Source: Candidatus Magasanikiibacteriota bacterium
GTDB lineage: Bacteria > Patescibacteriota > Patescibacteriia > Magasanikbacterales > 2-02-FULL-50-9b
Length of the DNA: 64,000 nt
NCBI GenBank assembly: GCA_943355025.1
Contig: CALRDW010000003.1
Location: forward strand, 7,680-71,679
Reading direction: 5' to 3'
The notes beneath the pieces are model-generated. The model had not been told where the DNA came from. It saw nothing but the letters and a program-made list of their open reading frames with translations, and did no database searches. A program made the translations under genes and the position numbers. Of the stretch, positions 1 to 9,998 are shown one piece after another; the first letter of the stretch is position 1; each line of letters begins with the position of its first letter.

Positions 1-506
1 TGATCGATGCGCGATTGGAATTCATTCGCGCCAGGATTCGACGTTCTACAAACGACGAACACTCCTTTGTCGGGCCGGCTGATAAACGGCAGCATTGCTT
101 CGCGGCCCGGCCAGCCATGAATGGTAATCGCGTCAGCACCGAGGTAATTGAATGCGAAATCAGCAGTTTGCTGGTTTGTTGATCCAATGTCACCCCATTT
201 GCCGTCGACAATTACCGCAACCGCTTTTTCACTCACCGCTCGAATGTACGCGATGAGTTCACGGAGCATATTCGGGCAGGTTTGATAGAACGCGATATTT
301 GGTTTGAATGTCCCAACTCGCGTGTGCGTCGCGTCAACAATGTTTGTCAGAAACGCCTGTATCGGCGCACTTGCTCCAAACTGTTCCGAATACATTTTGA
401 ATTGATGCGGCAATAGATCGGGGTTTGGGTCGAGGCCGACGCACGAGACAAAACCTGTGGTTTCACGAGCGCGGTATCGCTCCATGAACGTGGACTTCGT
501 AGTCAT
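1..506 (-). CDS. pyrF: orotidine 5'-phosphate decarboxylase, type 2 (N-terminal part; 3' end runs off window)
   Basis: reverse-complement translation MTTKSTFMERYRARETTGFVSCVGLDPNPDLL...DGKWGDIGST matches type-2 OMP decarboxylase motifs; AGGAGA SD 5 nt upstream of ATG at 506. Confidence 0.7.
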   Translation of the reverse strand, partial: MTTKSTFMERYRARETTGFVSCVGLDPNPDLLPHQFKMYSEQFGASAPIQAFLTNIVDATHTRVGTFKPNIAFYQTCPNMLRELIAYIRAVSEKAVAVIVDGKWGDIGSTNQQTADFAFNYLGADAITIHGWPGREAMLPFISRPDKGVFVVCRTSNPGANEFQSRID

Positions 507-580
507 GAGGTTCTCCTGCGTTGACAAAATTGGGTGTCAACGTGCGTGAAGCGTAGCAATCTCGGGTTCCAGAGTCAAGA

Positions 581-1078
581 TTATCGAATTATAGAAAATT
601 CGCGTAGGGCAGCACCGTTTTCGAGTGGTTGTTCGGACTCAAGCCGGAGTTTTGTTTCGGGGCTCAGCGCGCGGATGCCAGCGTCAATTGAAATCGGGAG
701 CCGTACTTGTAAAAGTTTATCAACAAGACCCGCTGCGACGAACGCTTCATTGAGTGATCCGCCACTCGAAAGCAACATATTTTTTCCGTATTCGAGCGCT
801 TCCTGCGGCGACGAAATTTTTGTGTAACCAGCCTTTGGTTTAAAATCTGCTTGCGTTGATACGACTAGTTTTGTTATTGGTGTTTTTTCAAATGCCTCGA
901 GCGCTGCCGCGTCATATTTTTGCACGGCCTCGTAGGTTTTTCGTCCGTAAATAACTGCGTCGTAATCTGGTAACAGTTTTAAAAACCGATCCCACTGTTC
1001 GTCGGGAATAAAATCCTCGCTTCCGTTTGGAGCTGCAATAAATCCGTCGGACGAAACTACATTGTAGAGCGTAATCAT
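581..1078 (-). CDS. dihydrofolate reductase family protein (RibD C-terminal domain-like)
   Basis: 165 aa; N-terminus MITLYNVVSSDGFIAAPNG and overall pattern typical of the DHFR-like/RibD_C family. Confidence 0.6.
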   Translation of the reverse strand: MITLYNVVSSDGFIAAPNGSEDFIPDEQWDRFLKLLPDYDAVIYGRKTYEAVQKYDAAALEAFEKTPITKLVVSTQADFKPKAGYTKISSPQEALEYGKNMLLSSGGSLNEAFVAAGLVDKLLQVRLPISIDAGIRALSPETKLRLESEQPLENGAALREFSIIR

Positions 1079-1185
1079 ACGTCAGGTATAGTAGCACAGC
1101 CAGGCGCGTTGTAAAAATATAAAAAAATGCCGCCGACAATTCTCGTCTGAGGAGGATCGTGGACGGCAGCTATCTGCTTAGAGAA

Positions 1186-1911
1186 CTAGGGGCGTTTGCT
1201 GTAGAGCTCGGCCAGATTCATGCCCGGCGCGACTTTTTGCAAGTGCGCGAGCAGAATCGCATCGCGTACCTCGTCTTGCCACTGCAGTCCTGGTGCGGTC
1301 ATCAGTGCGGTTTCGAGTTCGCGCTCTTGAACCTGCGAGAGCAGGTACGGGCTGAATATTTCTGGGAACTCGCGCGCAAGATGCGCGGCGAAGAGTACGG
1401 TGCGATGCGATGGAAACGGCGGCGCGATTCCGGTGAATTCACCACCGTGGCCGCCTTGGCTAATCGAGAACTGTGCTCCCGCAACGCCAGGCGTTGGGCT
1501 ATTCGGGCAGCAATTCATCTTCTCACACCACGAGAGGATCAATTTATTTTTGCCGTTGATCTGTTTCAAGTCAAAGCTAAGCGGCAGATTAAACAAGTGG
1601 GCATCATGCATTCTGTTGAGGGTTTCAATTCCAGTCTTTGAAACGTTGATAACGAAATCGTCATGTGCGGTTTTTTTATCTGGAAGATTGAGCACCCGAG
1701 CTTTTACGAAGAGTTCTTGTAGAAGCTGACGTATATCTCCGATTATTTTCTCGCTCATCGGCATCAACGCAAAATTACGCAGCAGAGCTTCCGCCATCTG
1801 GAGCGAGAAGAGGGGATGCGAAATTGGGTTACCAAAGAGGAAGAAGCGCAGGCGTGGCGCCGGCGTAAGCAGGTCCGCGGGGAAACTTTTAATTTCTAAG
1901 TTCGAACTCAT
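1186..1911 (-). CDS. hypothetical protein with CxxxCC motif
   Basis: 241 aa ORF, AAGGA SD upstream of ATG at 1911; no family recognised. Confidence 0.45.
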   Translation of the reverse strand: MSSNLEIKSFPADLLTPAPRLRFFLFGNPISHPLFSLQMAEALLRNFALMPMSEKIIGDIRQLLQELFVKARVLNLPDKKTAHDDFVINVSKTGIETLNRMHDAHLFNLPLSFDLKQINGKNKLILSWCEKMNCCPNSPTPGVAGAQFSISQGGHGGEFTGIAPPFPSHRTVLFAAHLAREFPEIFSPYLLSQVQERELETALMTAPGLQWQDEVRDAILLAHLQKVAPGMNLAELYSKRP

Positions 1912-2072
1912 GGCACCGTCCTTTTGTATTGAGCGAAAGAAACAGTCTAGTATCTGCCACGAGACTAGCAGTATTGAGTCATTTTGTCAACGTGTCGCGC
2001 GCACTGCCTGAGCGGCAATAGCGCGGGCCGATTTTTGAATGTGTGATATACTTTGCGTAATAAATAAAATGT

Positions 2073-3290
2073 ATGTTTGATTCTTTAAAAGCTTTTTTTA
2101 ATAAAAAACCGGTAGTTGAAAATAAGGTGATAAAAAACGAACCTGAAAACAAGGAAGCGCGTGTGTCAGCTCATTCATCTTCCGATGATGTGCGGGCCGC
2201 ACTTGGAGAAAGCGCGCCTGCAAGAAGAAATGAGTTTGCAGGAGGTGGTGAAACGGATTTACAAGCCAGAATTCGTCGAGCGAGACAAGCGTTAGAAGGT
2301 GACAAGGCAGCATCATCTTTTGCGTCTCAGGGGCAGAACAGTGTGGGACATTACGAAACGCAAAATTCGAATGGATCTTTGGAGGCGGCGAATGTTCGTA
2401 GTACCGAGCAATATCTTGGCAACTTGCTTCAAGAACAGGCGGAAAAAGATCGCGATGCTGTAGACCAGAGTTATAGAATTCGCAAGCAGGTTGATGATGA
2501 AATGGCTATTGATGCAGCCATGAGAGATGCACATCCAGGTTCAACTGCGCAGGAGCGGCATGATATAAGATTAGAACAAACCAAAGCTGTTGAAGCGCGC
2601 CGGTTTAATCAGATTTTTCCGGAAGATGGTGAACGTGCACGAAAAGAAGCGTATGCGCTCGAGGAGGGAAACAGAAGGATGCCGGAAAGTCTGCGTAAAG
2701 CGCTAAAGGATTACGGCGCAAAAAATTCTATTGAGGAATATGTGCGACTTAGAGCAATTGCACACAAAGAACTAGAACGAGATGGCAAGGTTATTTCAGA
2801 TGATCTGGTAACCTTGGGGGCTGGCGAGTTGGCTTTGGAGGCTGGTATTTTAGGAACGCAGGGCAGTATCGGTGGAGGTGTAGCAAAGTGGGATGCCGCG
2901 ATTGATGAGGTGAGAGCACGACTTGAAGGAGGTGTGTTTAATGGGAAGGCTGTAGAAAGTGCTATAAAACCGGAAGCTGAGCGAATACATAACGCAATAT
3001 CAGAACGGCTTCTGTGGGGCATTGAAGGTGGTAAAGTAAATTTTCTTAAATCTTTCGAAGAAATTGCAAAACAAATTGCGGAAAAAAATCCGGACGCACA
3101 ATTTTCATTGCCATCCCTCCGAAACGAATTAAATCGCGCTATTCCTGCGTTAGCCCGCGATGCGGTGATTGATTTTCCGCGAGATTCGCAACATCGCGAC
3201 ACCTTCGAATTGGCGTGTGATAAGTTCGGGAGCGCTGTGTTTGATTTGGCGACACGGAGCGGCGTGAATCTTCATGAGTTTGTGATTTAA
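2073..3290 (+). CDS. hypothetical protein (charged, Ala/Glu/Arg-rich)
   Basis: 405 aa ORF preceded by TGTGATATACT extended -10-like motif about 2045-2056; no recognisable domain. Confidence 0.5.
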   Translation: MFDSLKAFFNKKPVVENKVIKNEPENKEARVSAHSSSDDVRAALGESAPARRNEFAGGGETDLQARIRRARQALEGDKAASSFASQGQNSVGHYETQNSNGSLEAANVRSTEQYLGNLLQEQAEKDRDAVDQSYRIRKQVDDEMAIDAAMRDAHPGSTAQERHDIRLEQTKAVEARRFNQIFPEDGERARKEAYALEEGNRRMPESLRKALKDYGAKNSIEEYVRLRAIAHKELERDGKVISDDLVTLGAGELALEAGILGTQGSIGGGVAKWDAAIDEVRARLEGGVFNGKAVESAIKPEAERIHNAISERLLWGIEGGKVNFLKSFEEIAKQIAEKNPDAQFSLPSLRNELNRAIPALARDAVIDFPRDSQHRDTFELACDKFGSAVFDLATRSGVNLHEFVI

Positions 3291-3314
3291 TTCGAATCGG
3301 CTACGTGGGTGCTT

Positions 3315-4049
3315 TTATTCTTCTACATCAATATCTGTAGATTCGGTTCGCACGGACTGTTCGTCTAAATTTTTTTTGAGCTCAGCCAATTCTTTGGGCG
3401 GAATGTTTTTCCATTGACCAGGTGCTAAGTCGCCAATACGCACGTTCATGATTCGTACGCGATGTAAACGCTTGACTTTGAATCCGCACGCATCCGTCAT
3501 GCGACGAATCTGGCGATTTTTACCCTCGGTCAGAATAATTGAAAAATTTTTTTCATCAAGCCGCGTGAGCGCGCAGGGTTTTGTAATGTAATCGCCGATA
3601 TTTACACCAACGGCCATTTTTCTTAAAAATCGATCTGGATATTCTTCATTTACTTCGACCTCGTATTCTTTTTCGTGGCCGTATTGCGCGCGCAAAATTT
3701 TGTTCACGATGTCGCCATCATTGGTGAGGAAAATAAGTCCCGTCGACGCTTTGTCGAGTCGTCCGATAGGGAATACACGAACAGGATGTTTAACTGCAGC
3801 AACGATATTTCCTGCGATGTTTTGGTCTGCTGTGCACGTTATTCCGTACGGTTTGTTATACATTATATAAACGGGTGATTGTTTGGTCATGACTTTTTTG
3901 CCATCGAGCGTCACGATATCGTCGTCCGTCACCTGGTCGCCGAGCACCGCCTTTACGCCATTAATTCTAATGCGGCCGGCTTCGATAAGTCGGTCTGCTT
4001 CACGCCTCGAACAAAGGCCGCGATCAGTGAAATATTTATTGATGCGCAT
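3315..4049 (-). CDS. rRNA pseudouridine synthase, RsuA/RluB family (S4 domain + catalytic GRLD motif)
   Basis: MRINKYFTDRGLCSRREADRLIEAGRIRING (S4) and FPIGRLDKASTGLIFLTNDGD motifs. Confidence 0.8.
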   Translation of the reverse strand: MRINKYFTDRGLCSRREADRLIEAGRIRINGVKAVLGDQVTDDDIVTLDGKKVMTKQSPVYIMYNKPYGITCTADQNIAGNIVAAVKHPVRVFPIGRLDKASTGLIFLTNDGDIVNKILRAQYGHEKEYEVEVNEEYPDRFLRKMAVGVNIGDYITKPCALTRLDEKNFSIILTEGKNRQIRRMTDACGFKVKRLHRVRIMNVRIGDLAPGQWKNIPPKELAELKKNLDEQSVRTESTDIDVEE

Positions 4050-4124
4050 AATTGGGAGTAGTGTGCCTGATTTTTTTCAAATTGTCCACACATTGACAAA
4101 CGCTAAAATTTATAGAACCCAGTT

Positions 4125-4601
4125 GTGTATATGAAAGAAAAATTTTTTGATCTATGGAATGAATTAAAAAAACGATTGCATGAACAGCCAAATGTTGCAT
4201 CGCGTCCGGGTGGTGAACGATATTTTCAGGTGCGCGACGTATGGTTTTGTTCAATTGGCGCGAATGTTGGGTATGAGCAAGATGGAAAACATGAAAATTT
4301 TGAACGGCCGGTGCTCATTGTTCAAAAGTTTAATCATGATGTGTTTTGGGGTGTGCCATTGACGAGTAATCTAAAAGAAGGATTTTATTATGCGCCGATA
4401 TTTATCGGAGCACATAAAAATAATTCGATTCTTTCACAAATGAGTTTATGGGATGCTCGGAGATTACTCCGAAAGATTGGTAAAATATCCGAGCAAGATT
4501 ATCAAAGGGTGATCGAGCAGCTGATATGTATTTTAAAACTAAACGGCTCCCCGCAGGAGCGAGGAGCCTCGGAGCCCGAAGGCGTTGTGAAACTACTATA
4601 G
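4125..4601 (+). CDS. PemK/MazF-family toxin-like endoribonuclease
   Basis: FERPVLIVQ...GVPLTSNLK matches the MazF/PemK core; about 30 aa N-terminal extension; no adjacent antitoxin-like ORF. Confidence 0.55.
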   Translation: MYMKEKFFDLWNELKKRLHEQPNVASRPGGERYFQVRDVWFCSIGANVGYEQDGKHENFERPVLIVQKFNHDVFWGVPLTSNLKEGFYYAPIFIGAHKNNSILSQMSLWDARRLLRKIGKISEQDYQRVIEQLICILKLNGSPQERGASEPEGVVKLL

Positions 4602-4644
4602 CGGGTTGTTTTATTAGTGTCAAATTTTAACAAAAAACGGTTTT

Positions 4645-5622
4645 TTGAGAATCGTTTTATATATGGGCGTGAACGGCGCGGAAAAGATTGAAGTCAGGAT
4701 GGACAAGGAAACGGTGTGGCTCACGCAGGCGCAGATCAGCCAGTTATTTGGGATTGAACGTTCTGTGATTACGAAGCATCTCAAAAATATCTTTTCGACC
4801 GCTGAATTAAGCCAAAATTCAGTATGTGCAAAAATTGCACATACTGCGGCAGATGGAAAAACTTACCAAGTGGAGGTTTATAATTTGGACGTAATTATCT
4901 CTGTCGGTTACCGCGTGAATTCAAAACATGCCACTCAATTTCGTATTTGGGCCACCAGCGTTTTGCAGAACCACATCATGAAAGGGTTCACTATCAATGA
5001 GGCGCGGTTGAAGGAAACCACGTCGCGTGCGCACGAGCTTGGGCGTGCGGTGCGACTGATACGGGCGGCCGCAGATGTACGCATGTTGCGTAGCAGCGAG
5101 GCACGTGGGCTGCTTACGGTCATCACGGAATATGCGCATTCGTGGTCACTCTTGCAGCAATACGACGAAGAAAAGATACTAGTGCAACGCACGCGCACCA
5201 CGAAATTTACGACCATTGCGTATGATGAGGCATGCACAGCAATTGCGGATTTGAAACGCCATGTGTTGCATAAAAAAGAAGCGGGTTCGTTGTTTGGTTT
5301 GGAACGTGAACAGGGATTGAACCGCGTACTCGATGCCATCGCGCAAACATTTGGCGGAAAAATTTTATATCCGTCACTGGAAGAACGCGCCGCGCATTTG
5401 TTGTACTTCATCATCAAGGATCATCCGTTTTCCGACGGCAATAAACGTATCGGTGCATTTATGTTTGTACGGTTTTTGGAAATTAATGCGTTTGGACGTA
5501 ACAAAAGAGGTGAGCGCAAAATCAATCCAAACACCTTGGTGGCGTTGGCATTGTTAATTGCACAAAGTGCGCCGCGTGATAAAGAAATTATGATTGCGTT
5601 GGTGACTAATTTATTGCAGTAA
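4645..5622 (+). CDS. RhuM-family protein with C-terminal Fic/Doc domain (start likely at internal Met near 4663)
   Basis: N-terminal ETVWLTQAQISQLFGIERSVITKHLKNIF (RhuM-like) and C-terminal HPFSDGNKRIG (Fic/Doc motif HxFx(D/E)GNKR). Confidence 0.65.
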   Translation: MRIVLYMGVNGAEKIEVRMDKETVWLTQAQISQLFGIERSVITKHLKNIFSTAELSQNSVCAKIAHTAADGKTYQVEVYNLDVIISVGYRVNSKHATQFRIWATSVLQNHIMKGFTINEARLKETTSRAHELGRAVRLIRAAADVRMLRSSEARGLLTVITEYAHSWSLLQQYDEEKILVQRTRTTKFTTIAYDEACTAIADLKRHVLHKKEAGSLFGLEREQGLNRVLDAIAQTFGGKILYPSLEERAAHLLYFIIKDHPFSDGNKRIGAFMFVRFLEINAFGRNKRGERKINPNTLVALALLIAQSAPRDKEIMIALVTNLLQ

Positions 5623-5655
5623 ATAAATACACCACCAAAAGGTGGCGTATTTGAG

Positions 5656-5727
5656 TGACCCCGGAAGGAATCGAACCTTCATGGGTAGCTTAGAAGGCTA
5701 CTGTACTATCCGTTGTACTACAGGGTC
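5656..5727 (-). tRNA. tRNA-Arg (anticodon TCT)
   Basis: manual fold: acceptor GACCCTG/CGGGGTC, D stem GTAC/GTAC, anticodon stem GTAGC/GCTAC with loop CTTCTAA, T arm GAAGG-TTCGATT-CCTTC. Confidence 0.8.
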
Positions 5728-5823
5728 AGGATGTATCGATGCACTTACAAATAGATTGCCGAAAGAATACAGGATTTTTTGCGTTTTGTCAACGTGTGCG
5801 CTACCATGTTCAGCATTAGAGTT

Positions 5824-6234
5824 ATGAAAAAATCAATTTGTGCGGGCGGTGTTGTTGTTGGACCACATGGAAAAATAGTTGTTGTTAATCAAAACAATAA
5901 TTCGTGGTCACTTCCGAAAGGTCATGTTGACCGCGGCGAAGATCCAATCACTGCAGCACGTCGTGAAATTTATGAAGAATCGGGTGTCATGGATTTAACA
6001 TTTGTCCGCGAGCTCGGTGTCTATGAACGGTATCGTCGCAGCTTGTCTGGCGGCGATGATTTATCTGAACACAAAACGATTCACATGTTTTTGTTTCGTA
6101 CGCATCAAGAAAAATTACAGCCAATGGATCCAGATAATCCAGTTGCGCTGTGGGTTGATAAACAAAGTGTTTCGGAACTTTTGAGTGCAACAAAAGATAA
6201 AGAATTTTTCGAACAAATTATTCCACTCTTATAA
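5824..6234 (+). CDS. NUDIX hydrolase
   Basis: Nudix box GHVDRGEDPITAARREIYEESGV; ATG at 5824 chosen over the longer 5779 ORF. Confidence 0.75.
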   Translation: MKKSICAGGVVVGPHGKIVVVNQNNNSWSLPKGHVDRGEDPITAARREIYEESGVMDLTFVRELGVYERYRRSLSGGDDLSEHKTIHMFLFRTHQEKLQPMDPDNPVALWVDKQSVSELLSATKDKEFFEQIIPLL

Positions 6235-6235
6235 T

Positions 6236-8929
6236 TTATGTGTGTCGACGGAAATATTTTTTTATTTCTTCGAGCACAACAACGCACGACGCTATACTGA
6301 ACGCCTCTGCCCAAATTTTAGCAGGAACGATTGCGGTTCCAAGCACATGTTGAACTGTTGGAATATAAACTGCGACGAGTTGAAGTGCGAGTACAATTAT
6401 TGTTGCGCCGATCAAATACTTATTTTTAAATGGGGACACGGAAAAAGCAGAGCGGAGCTCGGTTCGTGTCATCCATGCATGTACCCACTGAAACATCGCA
6501 AGCAAAATAAGTGCCGCTGTACGACGTTCGGGAAGTGAAAGCTCGGTGTGGTACATAAAAAAACCAAGCGTGCCGACGGTCATAATAAATCCTGTTTGTA
6601 AAATTGCTCTGAGGTCTCTTCCGTGAAGAAGGTATTTACTGCGGCGTGATTTTGGTGCACGCGCACCATCTTCTTTTGGCTCAAGAGCAAGGGCAACGTC
6701 GAGGAAACCGTCCGTAACAAGATTGAGCCAAATAATTTGTACGGCAGTAATCGGTGAGGGGATGCCTAAGATAAGTGCTGTTCCAATTACACAAATCTCA
6801 CCGAAATTTGTTGAGAATAAATAGAGAAGAACTTTACGCATGGTTTGGTACATCGTACGCCCTTCATCAATTGCGACTGCGATTGATTCGAGTTCGTCGT
6901 CGAGGAGTAAGATGTCCGCGGCTTGTCGTGCAACGTCCGTGCCTGAGCGTGCGAGTGCGATACCAATATTTGCCGCGACTAAGGATGGTGCATCATTAAC
7001 ACCGTCGCCCGTCATTGCGATTGTGTGTCCCATTTTCTGGTAGAGTTCAATAATACGAAGCTTGTCTTCCGGTGTCACTCGTGCGAATACTGAAACTGAT
7101 GGAAGCAGACCACGCAATTCCGCTTCATTCATTGAATGAAGTTCGTGGCCGGTAAGTATTCGGTCACCATGCTGGAAAATACCGACTTCGCGTGCGACCG
7201 TGCGCGCAGCAGCAGGTAGATCTCCGGTAATCATTACAACGCGCAGGCCTGCGCCTTTCACGCGCGCGATCGTTGCCGCAGCTGTTGGTCGAATTGCATC
7301 TGCTATTCCAAAAAATGCCTCGAATGTTAAGTCCGATGGCGTATGTGGATCCCACTCAGCGTCCGTGTTGTCGCCACTCGCAAGCGCAATAACGCGTAGT
7401 CCATTTTCAGCCATGGCTTGAAGTTCTGCTGCAAGCGCATCATGCTCGTGCGTCGACAAAGAAATTATTTTGTTGTTGCTTCGGACGCTTGTGCATGCAG
7501 CGAGCACGTGTTCAGGAGCACCAAGCATCACGAGGCGTGGCTCAGACACATCACTCCGCGCTGCTGCGAGCGCATATTTTTTATCGTAATCAAATGGAAA
7601 ATAATTTTCGCGCTGGTACCGTGTTTCTGCATGAAGTTTTTGCGTGACAACAAGAAGCGCTGCTTCGGTTGCGTCTCCCGAAATAACAAAACCGCCATGC
7701 GCATTTTTTAAAATGGTTGCAGAAACAACTGGTGCAATCATGCCCGCGACTTCTTGGAACTCACTGAGCTCGTGCAACGCGAGCAATGTACCACGGCGAA
7801 AAAAACTTCCGGTCGGTTCATATCCATTTCCCGTAATTTTAATTGCGCCATCAGGTGTGCGAATTTCTACGACCATCATTTCGCCGAGCGTTATCGTTCC
7901 TGTTTTGTCGAGCGCTAAAACTTCAACTTGTCCAAGCGCTTCGACAGCAAACATTTTTTTGACGAGAGCTCCACGACGCGCAAGACGCGCAACTCCAATT
8001 GAAAGAACTATCGTAAGCACGATTGGGAGTCCTTCGGGAATCGCTGCAACTGCGAGTGAAATTGAAATAAATAATAATTCGATTGGCGCGAGTGCAGTCC
8101 GCAAACCAACAAGAAAAATTAGAACAACGAGTGTTGCTATAACGCAGAGCACGATGCGTGACAGCATCGCAAGATCGCGTTCGAGTGGAACGGGAGTGTG
8201 TGATTCTTGAATGCGTGCGCTGATAGAACCGAGTCGTGTTCGCGCACCGGTTTCAACTACAATCGCGCGCCCACCGCCATGGGTGACAGTTGTACCCGCG
8301 CGCACCATCGTTGGCGCGTCGAGCGGATCGCGCGAACTGTGCGTTGATTCTGCGTCCTTTGCAACTGGCAATGATTCGCCAGTGAGCAGCGATTCATTAA
8401 CACGTAGATAATTTGTTTCAACTAGTCGCGCATCTGCAACAATTCGATCACCCTCAGAAATAATTAATACATCTCCCGGAACAACTGCATACGCAGGAAT
8501 TGTTTGCGCGCGTGCATCACGCAGCACAACTGCACGTTCCGGCGTGAGTCGTCGCAGCGCACGAACGCGCCGCGTTGTTCGGTACTCATGAAACGTTCCT
8601 ATCCAGCTGTTAATTAAGAGAACAGATAAAATTACGATCGCGTCTGAATAGTGGTCAACTAGAAAAAGCGAAGCGCTTGCAAATAAAAGAACGCCGATAA
8701 GCGGACTAATAAATTGTCGCAGCCACAAAAAAAATATCGATGTCTCGCGGGGTTCTGGAATGCGGTTCCAGCCATACTCCGCGACGCGCGCGCCGATTTC
8801 TTGTTTAGAAAGACCTCTGCTCGGTTCAACGCCGAGCAGCTTAGTAATTTTTAAAACTGAAAGAGCGCGCCACTTCGGGCTCTGCTGAGACTGTGACATA
8901 CATACATTGTAGCAGAGATTAGGTTGCAT
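6236..8929 (-). CDS. cation-transporting P-type ATPase (type II, Ca2+-ATPase-like); start may be the internal Met at 8899
   Basis: DKTGTIT phosphorylation motif, IPEGLP, MTGD, GDGVNDAP. Confidence 0.85.
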   Translation of the reverse strand: MQPNLCYNVCMSQSQQSPKWRALSVLKITKLLGVEPSRGLSKQEIGARVAEYGWNRIPEPRETSIFFLWLRQFISPLIGVLLFASASLFLVDHYSDAIVILSVLLINSWIGTFHEYRTTRRVRALRRLTPERAVVLRDARAQTIPAYAVVPGDVLIISEGDRIVADARLVETNYLRVNESLLTGESLPVAKDAESTHSSRDPLDAPTMVRAGTTVTHGGGRAIVVETGARTRLGSISARIQESHTPVPLERDLAMLSRIVLCVIATLVVLIFLVGLRTALAPIELLFISISLAVAAIPEGLPIVLTIVLSIGVARLARRGALVKKMFAVEALGQVEVLALDKTGTITLGEMMVVEIRTPDGAIKITGNGYEPTGSFFRRGTLLALHELSEFQEVAGMIAPVVSATILKNAHGGFVISGDATEAALLVVTQKLHAETRYQRENYFPFDYDKKYALAAARSDVSEPRLVMLGAPEHVLAACTSVRSNNKIISLSTHEHDALAAELQAMAENGLRVIALASGDNTDAEWDPHTPSDLTFEAFFGIADAIRPTAAATIARVKGAGLRVVMITGDLPAAARTVAREVGIFQHGDRILTGHELHSMNEAELRGLLPSVSVFARVTPEDKLRIIELYQKMGHTIAMTGDGVNDAPSLVAANIGIALARSGTDVARQAADILLLDDELESIAVAIDEGRTMYQTMRKVLLYLFSTNFGEICVIGTALILGIPSPITAVQIIWLNLVTDGFLDVALALEPKEDGARAPKSRRSKYLLHGRDLRAILQTGFIMTVGTLGFFMYHTELSLPERRTAALILLAMFQWVHAWMTRTELRSAFSVSPFKNKYLIGATIIVLALQLVAVYIPTVQHVLGTAIVPAKIWAEAFSIASCVVVLEEIKKYFRRHT

Positions 8930-8962
8930 TCGAAATCATAAGAGGAGTATAGTCAAAGTACT

Positions 8963-9289
8963 ATGAAAGTTGTTGAAATAAAAGATAAAGGAACGTATAT
9001 AGAAGTAAAAATTTTGCTTCCATTTATTAGCCGTGAAGGCATCACTGCAGAAATAAATAATAATGTTTTGCAACTGCGCGCGCGGCTCGACCATCATGAG
9101 ACGATGTTTGAAAAAAATCAAAAAATTGTTTACGACGGAAGCGGCCTGATTACAGTTAGTGTGCCATTTGGTGTGGCTGTTGACCCTGATGTAAAGTCTG
9201 CGAAATTTGTAGACAATGAGCTTATCATGAAGGTGGATAAATTAGCGGGTGAGCCAAAAGGCCGTCATTCTGTGCGGATAACTCGTTAA
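8963..9289 (+). CDS. Hsp20/alpha-crystallin-family small heat shock protein (tentative)
   Basis: 108 aa; beta-rich profile with alpha-crystallin-domain-like segments (AEINNNVLQLRA, IMKVDK). Confidence 0.45.
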   Translation: MKVVEIKDKGTYIEVKILLPFISREGITAEINNNVLQLRARLDHHETMFEKNQKIVYDGSGLITVSVPFGVAVDPDVKSAKFVDNELIMKVDKLAGEPKGRHSVRITR

Positions 9290-9355
9290 ACAGGACTATT
9301 GCTAGACAGGCGTGTACTTTAATGCTACAATACGAATTGCTGCTCAGGCACCCCT

Positions 9356-9445
9356 GGAGAGGTGGCCGAGTGGTTGAAGGCGCCGCTCTCGAAAAGCGGT
9401 ATACCCGTAAGGGTATCGAGAGTTCGAATCTCTCCCTCTCCGCCA
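9356..9445 (+). tRNA. tRNA-Ser (anticodon CGA), long variable arm, CCA encoded
   Basis: GGAGAGG...anticodon stem CCGCT/AGCGG loop CTCGAAA...T arm GAGAG-TTCGAAT-CTCTC...CCTCTCC-G-CCA. Confidence 0.85.
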
Positions 9446-9573
9446 GCAAAAGATACGCATATGTTTTCACTACAGAGCAACCATTTATTTTTACGCTTTA
9501 GTGGTGGGTCGAAACATTGTGTTAAATAACCAACAATGTGCAGAAGGTTCGTTAAGACCCACGCACGGAAAGT

Positions 9574-9930
9574 ATGACATCAAAGAAATTGTACGTAGGC
9601 AATTTGCCTTACACGACAACTGATGCAGATCTCAAGGATCTCTTCGGTCAGGCAGGCGCAGTAGAAACAGCAAGCATCATTTCAGACAAATTCTCAGGCC
9701 GTTCAAAGGGCTTTGGTTTTGTTGAAATGAGCACACTCGAGGAAGCTGAAAAAGCTATCTCGATGCTCAACGGCTACCAGATGGGTGGCCGCGCTCTCAC
9801 AGTTACAGAAGCTCGCCCTAAGCCAGAAGGTGGCGCAGGTCGCAGTTTTGGTGGCGGTGGTGCAGGCGGCGGATCACGCGGTGGTTACGGAGGCGGTGGT
9901 GGTTCACGCGGTGGTTACAACGATCGCTAA
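9574..9930 (+). CDS. RRM-type RNA-binding protein with Gly/Arg-rich tail
   Basis: RNP motifs LYVGNLPY and KGFGFVEM; C-terminal GGGAGGGSRGGYGGGGGSRGGY. Confidence 0.85.
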   Translation: MTSKKLYVGNLPYTTTDADLKDLFGQAGAVETASIISDKFSGRSKGFGFVEMSTLEEAEKAISMLNGYQMGGRALTVTEARPKPEGGAGRSFGGGGAGGGSRGGYGGGGGSRGGYNDR

Positions 9931-9961
9931 ACCATTTCTTGCTTTACTACTTGAACAGAGA

Positions 9962-9989
9962 GGCGTCCCTTTCGGGGGGCGCTTTTTTG
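9962..9989 (+). terminator. rho-independent terminator of the RRM gene
   Basis: GGCGTCCC-TTTC-GGGGGGCGC hairpin followed by TTTTTTG. Confidence 0.6.
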
Positions 9990-9998
9990 TTTCAACCC

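Noticed and set aside
534-827. 97-aa plus-strand ORF
   Set aside because: Lies entirely antisense to the DHFR-like gene (581-1078) and the pyrF start. It has no SD and is low-complexity, so it is treated as spurious.
9225-9470. 81-aa minus-strand ORF
   Set aside because: Overlaps tRNA-Ser(CGA) on the opposite strand. It lies in a tRNA region and has no support.
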